From Rhodoluna sp. (GTDB taxonomy: Bacteria > Actinomycetota > Actinomycetes > Actinomycetales > Microbacteriaceae), in NCBI GenBank assembly GCA_044378505.1, contig JBILXL010000001.1:1-41117 (forward strand): 41,117 nt of DNA. The letters are read 5' to 3'. The translations under genes and the position numbers were made by a program. Every line of letters starts with the position of its first letter. The first letter of the stretch is position 1. This document shows positions 19,258-28,436 of the stretch, piece by piece. The notes under the pieces are model-generated. The model searched no databases. It was not told where the DNA came from and saw nothing but the letters and a program-made list of their open reading frames with translations.

Positions 19258-21048
19258 TTAGCTAACTGGGGTCCACTCCCAGAAGTTCCAGAAGTAGTTA
19301 GGTGATAGCGGGCTCGGCTTTACGCCTGAGATCTTTGCACTGGAAACAGTCAGTCCAGGGAACTGGAAGATTGTGGTTCCGTATGCGTCCGCGATCAAGG
19401 TCTTCTCGATCTCGGTCATGATCTCGGTCTGCTTAGCCTGATCTGTGGTGACTTCTAGTTCGTCCAGAAGTGCATCAATAGCTGGGTTTCCGTAACCGCT
19501 GTAGTTTCCACCCTTCATCAGAGGATCAGTGTAGGAAGCGAAGATCTGGTCAGATCCTGCAACCGCCAAGCTGGTCGACTGCCACGCGAATATAACTGCA
19601 TCGTGTGGGTTGATTGGGAACAAGCTTGGGTCAGTGAACTCCCAGTTTGGCTCGTTGGTGTCAATTACGTTGAAGCCAGCAAGTGCTGCAGACTTCTGAA
19701 TCAACTCGAGCTCCTGCTGACGACGGATGTTGCCAGTTGGGTACCAGAACTTCACGTCAACTGGAGTGGTAACTCCAGCCTCTGAAAGCAATGCCTTCGC
19801 GCGGTCGATGTCTAGGTTTCGAACATCGGCTGCACCAGAAGCCGCGGTAATTGCTGTGTAGCGCTCTGAACCAGGAATGGTCAAGAACGACTCACGAACA
19901 GTCGCGTTCGGGTTTAGTGGCTTGATGATCTTGTCCACGATTTCGTCACGAGGAATGGTCAACAAGAACGCCTGACGAACCTTCTGAGCTACAGCAGCGT
20001 CGCCACCGTAAGTCGCAGCGTCAAAAGGACCGCCGTTGTTGAAGGTTAGGTCAACGTGCTCGTAAACAGCTTCGTCACCCTGGTGAATTGTTGCACCAGT
20101 TGAGTCGGCAATACCCTGTGCAACAGCTAGTGAGTCAGCGGTTGGCTGACCGGTAGCGATGTCAATCTCTCCATTTTCTAGCGCCTGTAGCTGAGCTACG
20201 AAGTCAGCAATAAATCTGACTGTGATGCGCTCGAACTTAGGTGATGGACCCCATGCGTACACAGGGTTCGAAACTAGAGTGATGTACTGGTCAGCAACGA
20301 TTTCCTCAATGATGTAAGGACCGCTGGATAGGTACGTCAGTGGGTTCTCTGGAAGAGAAGTGAACTGGTACCCAGTGTTCCAAGCTTCTGCAACTGGAGC
20401 TAGCCACGCGTCATCCTTGTTCTGGATGGCTTCGATTAGCTTGGTCTTCGCTTCTGCAGGATCAGTAATTTCTGGGTAAGCCATCATCACGGTTCCGTGA
20501 GCTGCCATACCAACACCGAAAGCAAGCTCCCAGTCCACGTAAGCAGCGTCATAAACCAAAGTAAGAGTTCTGCCGTCTTCGCCGATCTCAGGTGTCTGAG
20601 TTACAAGGCTTAGACCAGCAGTAGATGCTGGAGAAAACACTGCAGCAGTGTCAGCGAACGCGCCTGAAGCGGCAGCCCACTGGAAAAGCATGTCAGCAGC
20701 GTCAATCTGAGTTCCGTCTGACCACTTAACACCCTGGTTGATGGTGTAGCGAACAGTAAGCGGCTCGTCGCTGATCTTCTCAAATGATCCATAACCGGTG
20801 TCCTTGATTAGAGCAGGTGTGTTGTCGTAATACTGGAAACCAGAGTTGGTCATGTAGGTAATGTTCGCGTTCTTAACCGCATTACCTGAGCTGGAGCTTG
20901 TGTTGTAGTTATCAAATGCCTGGTTGAATGCAACCGTGATTGTGGTTCCTTCGACGATCTGAGACTGGTATGGCAATGCACAACCGCTCAGGGTCACAGC
21001 AACCGCGCTCAACAGTGCCACTAGGCCTGTTCTGCGACGATTCTTCAT
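19258..21048 (-). CDS. Peptide ABC transporter substrate-binding lipoprotein (family 5)
   Basis: MKNRRRTG...LSGC lipobox and VKWSDG motif. SD AGGAG precedes ATG 21048, preferred over 21075. Confidence 0.95.
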   Translation of the reverse strand: MKNRRRTGLVALLSAVAVTLSGCALPYQSQIVEGTTITVAFNQAFDNYNTSSSSGNAVKNANITYMTNSGFQYYDNTPALIKDTGYGSFEKISDEPLTVRYTINQGVKWSDGTQIDAADMLFQWAAASGAFADTAAVFSPASTAGLSLVTQTPEIGEDGRTLTLVYDAAYVDWELAFGVGMAAHGTVMMAYPEITDPAEAKTKLIEAIQNKDDAWLAPVAEAWNTGYQFTSLPENPLTYLSSGPYIIEEIVADQYITLVSNPVYAWGPSPKFERITVRFIADFVAQLQALENGEIDIATGQPTADSLAVAQGIADSTGATIHQGDEAVYEHVDLTFNNGGPFDAATYGGDAAVAQKVRQAFLLTIPRDEIVDKIIKPLNPNATVRESFLTIPGSERYTAITAASGAADVRNLDIDRAKALLSEAGVTTPVDVKFWYPTGNIRRQQELELIQKSAALAGFNVIDTNEPNWEFTDPSLFPINPHDAVIFAWQSTSLAVAGSDQIFASYTDPLMKGGNYSGYGNPAIDALLDELEVTTDQAKQTEIMTEIEKTLIADAYGTTIFQFPGLTVSSAKISGVKPSPLSPNYFWNFWEWTPVS

Positions 21049-21225
21049 GTTTCTCCTAATTTTTAATTTTGACATCCAGCTTTTTTCAGGATGAATGCCC
21101 TCCTCAAACTAAGCCAGATTCTTATAACACCCGAGCTTAGACCCGAACTTGAGTCTTTAGCCATTTGAGCGTCGTCGAATTATGATATAGTAACGATTCC
21201 GTTAGCTTGACCTTAGGCTTGAGAT

Positions 21226-21621
21226 ATGCAGGAATCTTGGGTCTTGATCTACGACGGCGACTGCCAGTTTTGCCAGCTGAGTCTGGATTTTGGAATAAGG
21301 AATCTTCGTATTTTCCCCCAATACGTGGCATTTCAGAAGATTGACCCGAAGGACTTTGGCCTCACAGCAAGCCAAGTTAGATCTCAAATCTGGCTAGCCC
21401 AGAAGAGCCCGGCAATCACTGCAGCCCTTGGGGGCCACCTAGCTGCCGGAGCAATACTCAAACTTCAACCCTCGCGCTGGCTGAAGGTCTTGGGGTGGCT
21501 AGCAACTACTCCCCCCACAGCCTGGGCCGCCCATTTGCTGTATAAATTGATTGCCGCCAACCGTCACCGGCTTCCAGGGGGGTCTAGGGCCTGCAAACTT
21601 GAGGACAATTACCGCCCCTAG
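21226..21621 (+). CDS. DCC1-like (DUF393) thiol-disulfide oxidoreductase
   Basis: LIYDGDCQFC (DxxCxxC) and YKLIAANRHRLPGG..AC. Confidence 0.9.
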   Translation: MQESWVLIYDGDCQFCQLSLDFGIRNLRIFPQYVAFQKIDPKDFGLTASQVRSQIWLAQKSPAITAALGGHLAAGAILKLQPSRWLKVLGWLATTPPTAWAAHLLYKLIAANRHRLPGGSRACKLEDNYRP

Positions 21622-21669
21622 GCCAAAAATTGGCTAGACCTTGGTCGAACTTCCAGCTAGTTTATCTTC

Positions 21670-22689
21670 ATGAAAATGAACATAGCCTTATCAACTGCAT
21701 TGGTGATTGTCGGCTTGGCAGCACCTTCCAACGCGGCCCAGCCGACAAATACAAGCACGGACGTTTACAAAGTAGTCGCCTCCCAAAACTTGATTTCTGG
21801 AAGTGGCGCCCTTCTTTCAAAAAAGAATCCGTCTGTTTCTGACTTAAAGGTCGCAAAGACTGTAGGGACTCCAGTTGCCGCTCCACCCAATTCATCGGGT
21901 AACGGACCTTGGATTGTAAGGGCCGTGCTTCGAACATCTTCCGACGGCCTAAGTTTCTCTGGATCAGAGACACTCATGGATCAAGCGGGAGTTCCAAACT
22001 TGCTGGTGACTTCTGCTGGAGACACCTACGCCTACTACCAGGATTGGGCAAATGGAAACATTATGGGTGTTGCAATTCAGCGAGCAGGTTCTAAATCCTG
22101 GACTAGATACAAACTTCACGTTTCTGGATTCAACATTGCTCCCGGTGGGGCAAATGGCGTTGACCCAAGCGCAGTAGAACTTCCTAATGGGCAAATACGT
22201 GTCTTCTGGATGCAGGGCTCAACGAACATCTACTCCGCAACTTCTGCAAAGGGAAGCGGGAATGGAATCATTTTCAAGTTTGACGGCAAGACTGCCCTAA
22301 CTGGATATTCAGGAAAGGTCTTTGACCCTACTGTTGTGCGCACAGACTCTGGCTGGGCGATGTGGGTTGATTCGGAGGGAACTCCAATCTATGCCACCTC
22401 AAAAGATGGAAAGTCGTTTACTGCCCAATCTGGCAATCCCCTCTTCACTAACGCAAGGACTTTTCCATGGGGAGCGGTTCGACTGAAAAATGGAGAAATC
22501 CGGGTTATCGCTTCAATCCAGGGACCGGGAGGTGCCGACGGAGTAATTCTAAAAAGTACTGACGGTGGTCAGTCCTTCGTGGAAGTTTCCCGCGGAACTA
22601 TTCCGTCTGGGTCTGGAGCAGACGCTGGCATTGCCTACAACAGCAGGACTAAGCAATGGATCCAACTTCTTAGTGAACGAATGAACTAA
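21670..22689 (+). CDS. Secreted hypothetical protein, Asp-box beta-propeller-like
   Basis: Signal peptide ending PSNA. Asp-box-like TSSDGLSF, TSKDGKSF and KSTDGGQSF, plus DP blade starts (VDPSAV, FDPTVV). Confidence 0.75.
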   Translation: MKMNIALSTALVIVGLAAPSNAAQPTNTSTDVYKVVASQNLISGSGALLSKKNPSVSDLKVAKTVGTPVAAPPNSSGNGPWIVRAVLRTSSDGLSFSGSETLMDQAGVPNLLVTSAGDTYAYYQDWANGNIMGVAIQRAGSKSWTRYKLHVSGFNIAPGGANGVDPSAVELPNGQIRVFWMQGSTNIYSATSAKGSGNGIIFKFDGKTALTGYSGKVFDPTVVRTDSGWAMWVDSEGTPIYATSKDGKSFTAQSGNPLFTNARTFPWGAVRLKNGEIRVIASIQGPGGADGVILKSTDGGQSFVEVSRGTIPSGSGADAGIAYNSRTKQWIQLLSERMN

Positions 22690-22761
22690 AGCTGCCCAAT
22701 TAAAGTGCCTTTGCAAAATGTGTGACGGCTCAAGAAGATAAGAAAGTAAACGGTAAATGCA

Positions 22762-23676
22762 ATGAAAACCAAAACAACGAAGTTGGCTTGCGCTATAGCC
22801 ACAACAGCTCTAGTGGGTGCAATCTTGATGGCACCAGCCCAAGCAGCATTCGCTAAATCTTGGTCATTCTCCGAGGACTCAGTGAGTCTGGGGCTAAAGG
22901 GCGTATCTCCTCACGTACAGAAAACATCTAAAGGCGACAGACTTTGGAGAAGTGACATGGTGCCAACCGGTACTGCGGTCACTATTTGCGACAACAGCGG
23001 TAACTGCACTGAGGAAACATTCTCGACTGGATCAGCAGGTCCGGTATCTGACTTTACAATCGCCAAAGCGCAGTCAGGTTGGAGGGCCTACTTCAAGTCC
23101 ACCGACAGCACCTCCCAAAAGATTATGTCTGCACCATGCACCACAGACGAGTGCCTAAGCTTCGGTACTGCTGTCTTGACTTCAACTGACATGGTTGTTT
23201 CAAAAGACCAAAAGGCCTGGGGTGTGCCTGACGCTGTCACGCTGCCCGATGGTCGTGTGCGAATCTACATAGTGGAATCAGACATGTCATCTAGAACTAG
23301 TTGCCCGGAAAGTGTCGCTTCCTACATTTCATCAGACGGAATTTCCTTCACCAAGGAAACAGGTTGGAGACTAACCGGTGGCTACGTAGACACCGAGATC
23401 CTCAGCACAAAGAAAAATAACTGGGTGATGATCGTGGCTGATGGACCAGGCTGCGGAGGTTCGAAGGATTCTAGGAAGCCTCAGCAGCTCTACATCACAA
23501 CATCAAAGAATGGTCTGAAATGGGCCACGCCTAAGGTGTTGACCAAAACCGATGCAGGTCGTTTGGACCCTACAGGCTATGAAGTGAAGGCAAACACCTA
23601 CCGCATTTACTACGCTGAAGGTTCAATTACTGACAACAACTACTCAATCAAGCGAGCCACACTTCGATTGAAGTAA
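22762..23676 (+). CDS. Secreted hypothetical protein, Asp-box beta-propeller-like, Cys-containing
   Basis: Signal peptide ending AQA. ISSDGISF, TSKNGLKW, GVPDAVTLPDGRVRIY and LDPTGY, plus paired cysteines. Confidence 0.75.
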   Translation: MKTKTTKLACAIATTALVGAILMAPAQAAFAKSWSFSEDSVSLGLKGVSPHVQKTSKGDRLWRSDMVPTGTAVTICDNSGNCTEETFSTGSAGPVSDFTIAKAQSGWRAYFKSTDSTSQKIMSAPCTTDECLSFGTAVLTSTDMVVSKDQKAWGVPDAVTLPDGRVRIYIVESDMSSRTSCPESVASYISSDGISFTKETGWRLTGGYVDTEILSTKKNNWVMIVADGPGCGGSKDSRKPQQLYITTSKNGLKWATPKVLTKTDAGRLDPTGYEVKANTYRIYYAEGSITDNNYSIKRATLRLK

Positions 23677-23687
23677 GGATTCTGCAT

Positions 23688-23720
23688 CAAAGCCGGGGCC
23701 AATCACTGGCCCCGGCTTTG
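23688..23720 (+). terminator. Rho-independent terminator
   Basis: 14-bp stem CAAAGCCGGGGCCA-atcac-TGGCCCCGGCTTTG, 11 nt after the stop at 23676. Confidence 0.85.
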
Positions 23721-23782
23721 TCGTTACTGGACTAGTCCTACTCATTCGAAAACTAGCTCGATTTCATTAGGCTTGGGCAATC

Positions 23783-24526
23783 ATGGATAAATTGCGAATC
23801 AAACTTGAGCTGGCAATTGTCCTGGCCCTGAGCCTCGGTGCAAGCGCCATTTACTCAATGATTTCTATTGTCGCCAGACTCACAGACGAAACTTCCCTTG
23901 CTCAACAAACCGCCACAATTAACCGACAGTTATCTGACAGGCAGTGGCTGGATTTTAGCTACCAGTTTCTTGGAATCGCTCTGGGTCTCGCCCCAGTAGC
24001 GCTCGTGCTGTATTTGCTCTGGGAAAAGAAGAAATCCCCATTTGGTCTCATTGGGCTCAATCTGAGTGAACCTGGTCGTGACATTTGGCGAGGAACCTGG
24101 ATTGCAGCACTCATTGGTATACCGGGCCTTGGGTTGTACCTGGTTTCTAGGCAGCTCGGGATCTCCGCCGAGGTTATCCCTGCAGCAGTTGGCGAATACT
24201 GGTGGGCCATACCTATGTTGTTGTTTGCCGCAGTTAGAGCTTCTCTGATTGAAGAGGTAATTGTCATTGGCTACTTTTTCAATAGGCTCTCGCGCCTAGG
24301 GTTTTCAATCAGGTCTCAGATTTTGCTAAGTGCTCTTTTACGAGGGAGCTACCACCTGTATCAAGGCTTTGGTGGTTTTATCGGCAACTTCTTTATGGGG
24401 TTGCTTTTTGGATATCTTTATCAGCGATGGGGCCGAGTTATGCCCCTTGTGGTGGCACATTTCCTATTGGATGCGGCTATCTTTGTTGGCTATTCAGCAC
24501 TGAAAGACGTCTTAACCTTTCTCTAA
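23783..24526 (+). CDS. CPBP (Abi/CAAX) family intramembrane glutamic protease
   Basis: Multi-TM protein with EEVIVIGY, SYHLYQG and AHFLLD motifs. Confidence 0.9.
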   Translation: MDKLRIKLELAIVLALSLGASAIYSMISIVARLTDETSLAQQTATINRQLSDRQWLDFSYQFLGIALGLAPVALVLYLLWEKKKSPFGLIGLNLSEPGRDIWRGTWIAALIGIPGLGLYLVSRQLGISAEVIPAAVGEYWWAIPMLLFAAVRASLIEEVIVIGYFFNRLSRLGFSIRSQILLSALLRGSYHLYQGFGGFIGNFFMGLLFGYLYQRWGRVMPLVVAHFLLDAAIFVGYSALKDVLTFL

Positions 24527-24532
24527 GGAAAT

Positions 24533-25171
24533 CTAGATTTTCCAGATCGGCAATCGCCAGCCGAAAAGCATTGCTAGGACTCTAAGCACAATTGTGAAAA
24601 TCGCCCCGACAGCCACAGCAACGAAAGCGTCCGCGTTTATTGCGTTCAGACCCACCACGACCCATCCCCCGGTGAATGCGATGACCGCGTAAGGAATGTG
24701 ATCGCTAAATGCCTTTGGGATTTCATTCACGACTATGTCTCGCAGTACCCCACCGAAGACAGCGGTGAGAACACCCATGATCACCGATATCACGGCCGGT
24801 ACTCCCGCAGTCAACGCCAGCTGAGTTCCACCGGCGGTGAATGCTCCAAGGCCAATAGCATCGGGCCACTGCATTGCTCGTTCGGTGGGTTCTAAGTGTC
24901 GAGATCTCATAAACAGAAGAGCCCCGATGCAAATCAGAATCAAAATCCAGACCCAGATTTCATTCTCTACCCAGAAAAATGGCCTGCGGTCCAAAAGTAT
25001 GTCTCTAAGAGTTCCTCCGCCAAAAGCAGCCAACCCAGAAACCATAGCCATGCCAACCAAATCAAGGCGCTTACGCGCAGCCTCGATTAGTCCAGATAAA
25101 GCAAAGGCAAGAGTCCCGATAACCTCAAACAGAATTGTGCCGTTTAGAAGTAGCCAGCTGGTGTCCAGCAT
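24533..25171 (-). CDS. Trimeric intracellular cation channel family (UPF0126) membrane protein
   Basis: Duplicated GGGTLRD / FGGVLRD motifs, AFALSG and DAIGL. Confidence 0.93.
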   Translation of the reverse strand: MLDTSWLLLNGTILFEVIGTLAFALSGLIEAARKRLDLVGMAMVSGLAAFGGGTLRDILLDRRPFFWVENEIWVWILILICIGALLFMRSRHLEPTERAMQWPDAIGLGAFTAGGTQLALTAGVPAVISVIMGVLTAVFGGVLRDIVVNEIPKAFSDHIPYAVIAFTGGWVVVGLNAINADAFVAVAVGAIFTIVLRVLAMLFGWRLPIWKI

Positions 25172-25173
25172 TA

Positions 25174-26853
25174 CTAGCGGACAATCTTGAGGACTTTGAA
25201 GCCTTCACCCTCGGTGACTACTTCGTTAGCAAAGTCCACTCCAATGTTTCCAAGAGTCACAACATAGTCTGACTCAGTGACGTTACCTGCCGGAACGACA
25301 CTTCCCTCCAGAAACAAAAGATCTTTAATGTTTGGCTCATCTATCCAGAATTTTACGGTGAAGACTTCTGTTCGAGTCTGGCCAATCACCATGATTCGAT
25401 CACCGGCAACGCCCTCTAGGAAGTCGCGGGATGTCCAGCCGGCTTGATCAAAGTAAGCCTGGGTGCCATTGATGGCAATTAGGTTATTTTGTGAAAGTGC
25501 AAGCGCGACAACTAGAAATAGTGGAATGATGAACCGCCCCATGATTACATTGCCCTCTTCTGGAGTGAAGATCCAGTAGAGGACAGCCGCACTTACCGCC
25601 ACCGCTATTGCTATAAACAACCCGCCACTTGCAGCAAGTCCAGGAAGCGTCGAAGAGTCGGCATACTGCTGATCAAAGTTTGTCGGGTAAAAAATGGTGA
25701 AGAACAATGAAGCTCCAATAATTATGGAGCCCTGTAATGCTCTCCAAACCAATTTAGAGTCCGTGAATCTTGGGAGCAAAAGACCCATAACAATGAATTG
25801 TGGAATTAAGAACTCGTAGTAGCGAAGGATAAGCCGGTCGCTGTGATCGTCGCCTCCCACAGTCACATACGCTTCGAAAACTGCAACTACGGAGATTATG
25901 GAAAAAGTGATTAGCCCGACGAGAATAAACAGCGAGCTAACTGGACCGACTGGCTCAGCTTTTTTCACGACAGACAACAGAACTCTGAGTGATAGTAAAA
26001 GTGGAAGTCCGGCAATCAACAAAACAACCGCGAGGTGCATTGCAAGGTGACCAAAAGTCACACTAAAAAGTAACTCAAGACCAGTTGCCTGAGTGCCCGC
26101 TTCTTGACTGACCGTTGGAGCTTGATTCTCAACAACCGAAGTCAGAGCGTCAACTGGCGATCCATATCCACCAAAAAGCTTCAACCCTTCAGTTCCGGCA
26201 AACAAGAAGCCCAGGCCAAACTTGGCAACGAAGAAACCAAGAACTGCCGCTCCTGCAGCCTTTAGGCCCGCTAGCCAGCTACCGGCGTTTAGCTTGTAGG
26301 AAACCACCAGGGCAAAAATTGTGAATGCGGGGAGCATAAAAATCGCATGCGGCTTTACAAGGGCAGCAAGCCCCAGGGAAACTCCAACCAAACTCCAGAG
26401 TTGCCATCTGCCTTTGTCCGCCGCCCAGAGCGCAATCAGAACTACACCGGTCATGGCTGCGAAATACATTATTTCTGGCATGAAGTATGAAACAGGAATT
26501 GCTATCGGACTTAATGCCGTTACTGAGGCAACAAAAACTGACCAGCCAAAAGTTAGATACCTGGATGCAATAAGGAAAGTGAAAAGAATCGCAAGAGCAA
26601 ATGAAACCGAATTTATGCTTTTGGTGCAAACATAAAAGTCCGTTCCACACAAATTAGTAGCACTCATGACCCAAGAAAAAATGTAATTAGAGAAGTATTG
26701 CTCTGCAAACGGCAAGTGCTTAGAGGCGCTTGTATATACGTACTCGTCACCCATGATTGAGGGCAACACTGTCCAGACTCTACTTATGGACCAAGACGCA
26801 AAGGCCATTGGTAGTAGTAGCCAAAAATACTCGTACTTTGATTTGGTTACCAC
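25174..26853 (-). CDS. Polytopic membrane protein, probable GT-C fold glycosyltransferase
   Basis: Many TM segments, a DE motif after TM1 (MGDEYVY), PE (FMPE) and LVKP motifs typical of PMT/ArnT-like proteins. Overlaps the upstream GT2 gene. Confidence 0.7.
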   Translation of the reverse strand: MVTKSKYEYFWLLLPMAFASWSISRVWTVLPSIMGDEYVYTSASKHLPFAEQYFSNYIFSWVMSATNLCGTDFYVCTKSINSVSFALAILFTFLIASRYLTFGWSVFVASVTALSPIAIPVSYFMPEIMYFAAMTGVVLIALWAADKGRWQLWSLVGVSLGLAALVKPHAIFMLPAFTIFALVVSYKLNAGSWLAGLKAAGAAVLGFFVAKFGLGFLFAGTEGLKLFGGYGSPVDALTSVVENQAPTVSQEAGTQATGLELLFSVTFGHLAMHLAVVLLIAGLPLLLSLRVLLSVVKKAEPVGPVSSLFILVGLITFSIISVVAVFEAYVTVGGDDHSDRLILRYYEFLIPQFIVMGLLLPRFTDSKLVWRALQGSIIIGASLFFTIFYPTNFDQQYADSSTLPGLAASGGLFIAIAVAVSAAVLYWIFTPEEGNVIMGRFIIPLFLVVALALSQNNLIAINGTQAYFDQAGWTSRDFLEGVAGDRIMVIGQTRTEVFTVKFWIDEPNIKDLLFLEGSVVPAGNVTESDYVVTLGNIGVDFANEVVTEGEGFKVLKIVR

Positions 26854-27812
26854 TCAATATCCCCCTTGTGCTTGGGTCTATTTGGAACAGACGAAACATC
26901 ATGACTCACAAACGCCAAGAGAAGCTGGAATCCAAGAATCAAGGGCACCACTGAAATCATGACTGTTCCGGTAGTAGCCGCAACGCCGGTCTCCATTGAC
27001 TGGTTGTAAGAGGCGATGCCAAAGATCAAGCCGAACCACCAGAGCACGATTCCGAGTGGAAGCTCGATAGATGCAGCGGAGACATCGCGAAGGTAGTAGT
27101 TGTAGAAAAGCCTCTTGTGGAAATTCTTGAAGTGCTTCCAAGGAAACTCCCAGAGTGTCTTAATGATGCTCAAGTTGCTCTTCTCGGTTCCGTAGCGGGC
27201 TTGCATCGGCACATCCCAAACAACAGCCCTGTAAAGGCTCAATCTAAACAGCATGTCTGATTCAAAGAAGAAGCGCTTGCTGAGCATTCCCAGTGGAAGC
27301 ACTTTTAGAACATCCCTGTGGATTGCGGTGTACCCGTTTGTTGGATCAGTGATGTTCCAGTAGCCAGTCGAGATCTTTGTAAGCAGAGAAAGTCCAGCGT
27401 TTCCAAACAGACGGATACTCGGCATTTGGCTCAATCCGGTAAGACTGTCGAGTCGATCTCCTTTGGTGTAATCGGCGCGCCCGTTTACAATCGGGGCGAT
27501 GAGCTCACTAATCAGAGCCGGATCCATCTGGCCGTCACCGTCTAGTTTGACGATGATGTTAGCGTCGGTTTCTAAGGCAGCTTTGTAGCCGGTAATCATT
27601 GCACCGCCCACTCCGAGGTTTTCCTCGTGGAAGATGACTTTCACACGCGAGTCAGAGACTTTTTCTTGAACAAGCTTTCCTGAACCGTCTGGGCAAGCGT
27701 CGTCTACGACGAAGATGTATGAAACTTCCTTGCCAATCTCTGACAGGGTCTGCACAACGTGAGATGTCACCTTATAAGAAGGCACGACTACAGCTATAAC
27801 GGGTTTAGACAT
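26847..27812 (-). CDS. Glycosyltransferase family 2 (polyprenol-phosphate sugar transferase-like) with two C-terminal TMs
   Basis: VVVPSY, VVDDACPDGS, NLGVGGA, LDGDGQMDP and DPTNGY. Confidence 0.92.
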   Translation of the reverse strand: MSKPVIAVVVPSYKVTSHVVQTLSEIGKEVSYIFVVDDACPDGSGKLVQEKVSDSRVKVIFHEENLGVGGAMITGYKAALETDANIIVKLDGDGQMDPALISELIAPIVNGRADYTKGDRLDSLTGLSQMPSIRLFGNAGLSLLTKISTGYWNITDPTNGYTAIHRDVLKVLPLGMLSKRFFFESDMLFRLSLYRAVVWDVPMQARYGTEKSNLSIIKTLWEFPWKHFKNFHKRLFYNYYLRDVSAASIELPLGIVLWWFGLIFGIASYNQSMETGVAATTGTVMISVVPLILGFQLLLAFVSHDVSSVPNRPKHKGDIEW

Positions 27813-27960
27813 GCAAGTCTCCGATCGGAAGCTTGAAACCCAAGTTCAGGCAATTGCTGGTGAATTGTTCCATGGTCAGATCTTGCTTACTTCCAGTTCG
27901 ATAAATGAAGCTCTGGGTGTTAATTTACTTGAAAAGAGAGGTTCATTGCCTTTAGCAATG

Positions 27961-27994
27961 CAATAAAGCCCAAGGAAATCCCTGGGCTTTATTG
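27961..27994 (-). terminator. Terminator hairpin after tmRNA
   Basis: 12-bp stem CAATAAAGCCCA...TGGGCTTTATTG, 4 nt downstream of the tmRNA CCA. Confidence 0.85.
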
Positions 27995-27998
27995 AACA

Positions 27999-28368
27999 TG
28001 GTGGAGATGGGGGGAATTGAACCCCCGTCCGATATTTGGATTCTGACTCTTCTACGGGTGTATCTTCAATGCTGTTTTACTCGACTCCGGTCAAAGCTTG
28101 AAGCGACCTAACCGACGAGCCCAGCCTGAGTAAAAGTCCCAAGTAGCCCTAAGGCGTAGCTACCCAGCAAGATTTCTAAATGACGCCAGGACCTAAAACG
28201 AAATCAGATTTAGGCTGACGGACCTCGAGGCTAGCTTATGCAGCTAGGGCGAAGTCGGTGCGGTTTGATTTGGCACCTATAGTTTGCAGAGGACGTTAAC
28301 GAGATAACTCTGCATTCTCGACCCGCTTCATTCAGTTTCGGCAAGTACCGTCGAAACCGATCATCCCC
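27999..28368 (-). ncRNA. ssrA: tmRNA
   Basis: 5' GGGGATGATCGGTTTCGAC and 3' GGTTCAATTCCCCCCATCTCCACCA with the G3-U70 alanine determinant. Tag ORF 28274-28236 reads AKSNRTDFALAA*. Lies next to smpB. Confidence 0.97.
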
Positions 28369-28436
28369 ATGTTTAGTTATCAAACTGTCTCTCAACAGCC
28401 TCTCAGTCTAACCCGAAGATAAGACAAAGGGAAGAA

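Noticed and set aside
21655-23758. 9-bp inverted repeat AGCTAGTTT / AAACTAGCT flanking the propeller pair, and the palindrome GGACTAGTCC at 23729-23738
   Set aside because: Too short to support mobile-element ends. The left copy coincides with the -10 candidate, and there is no transposase or target-site duplication.
27811-27966. 51-codon plus-strand ORF (MQVSDRKLETQ...) filling the GT2-ssrA spacer
   Set aside because: It has no SD or promoter space, overlaps the GT2 start codon, ends inside the terminator hairpin and shows no recognisable motif.
24533-28030. Integrated prophage or island at the tmRNA 3' end
   Set aside because: I found no integrase and no duplicated ssrA 3' fragment in the window, and the native terminator directly follows the CCA.
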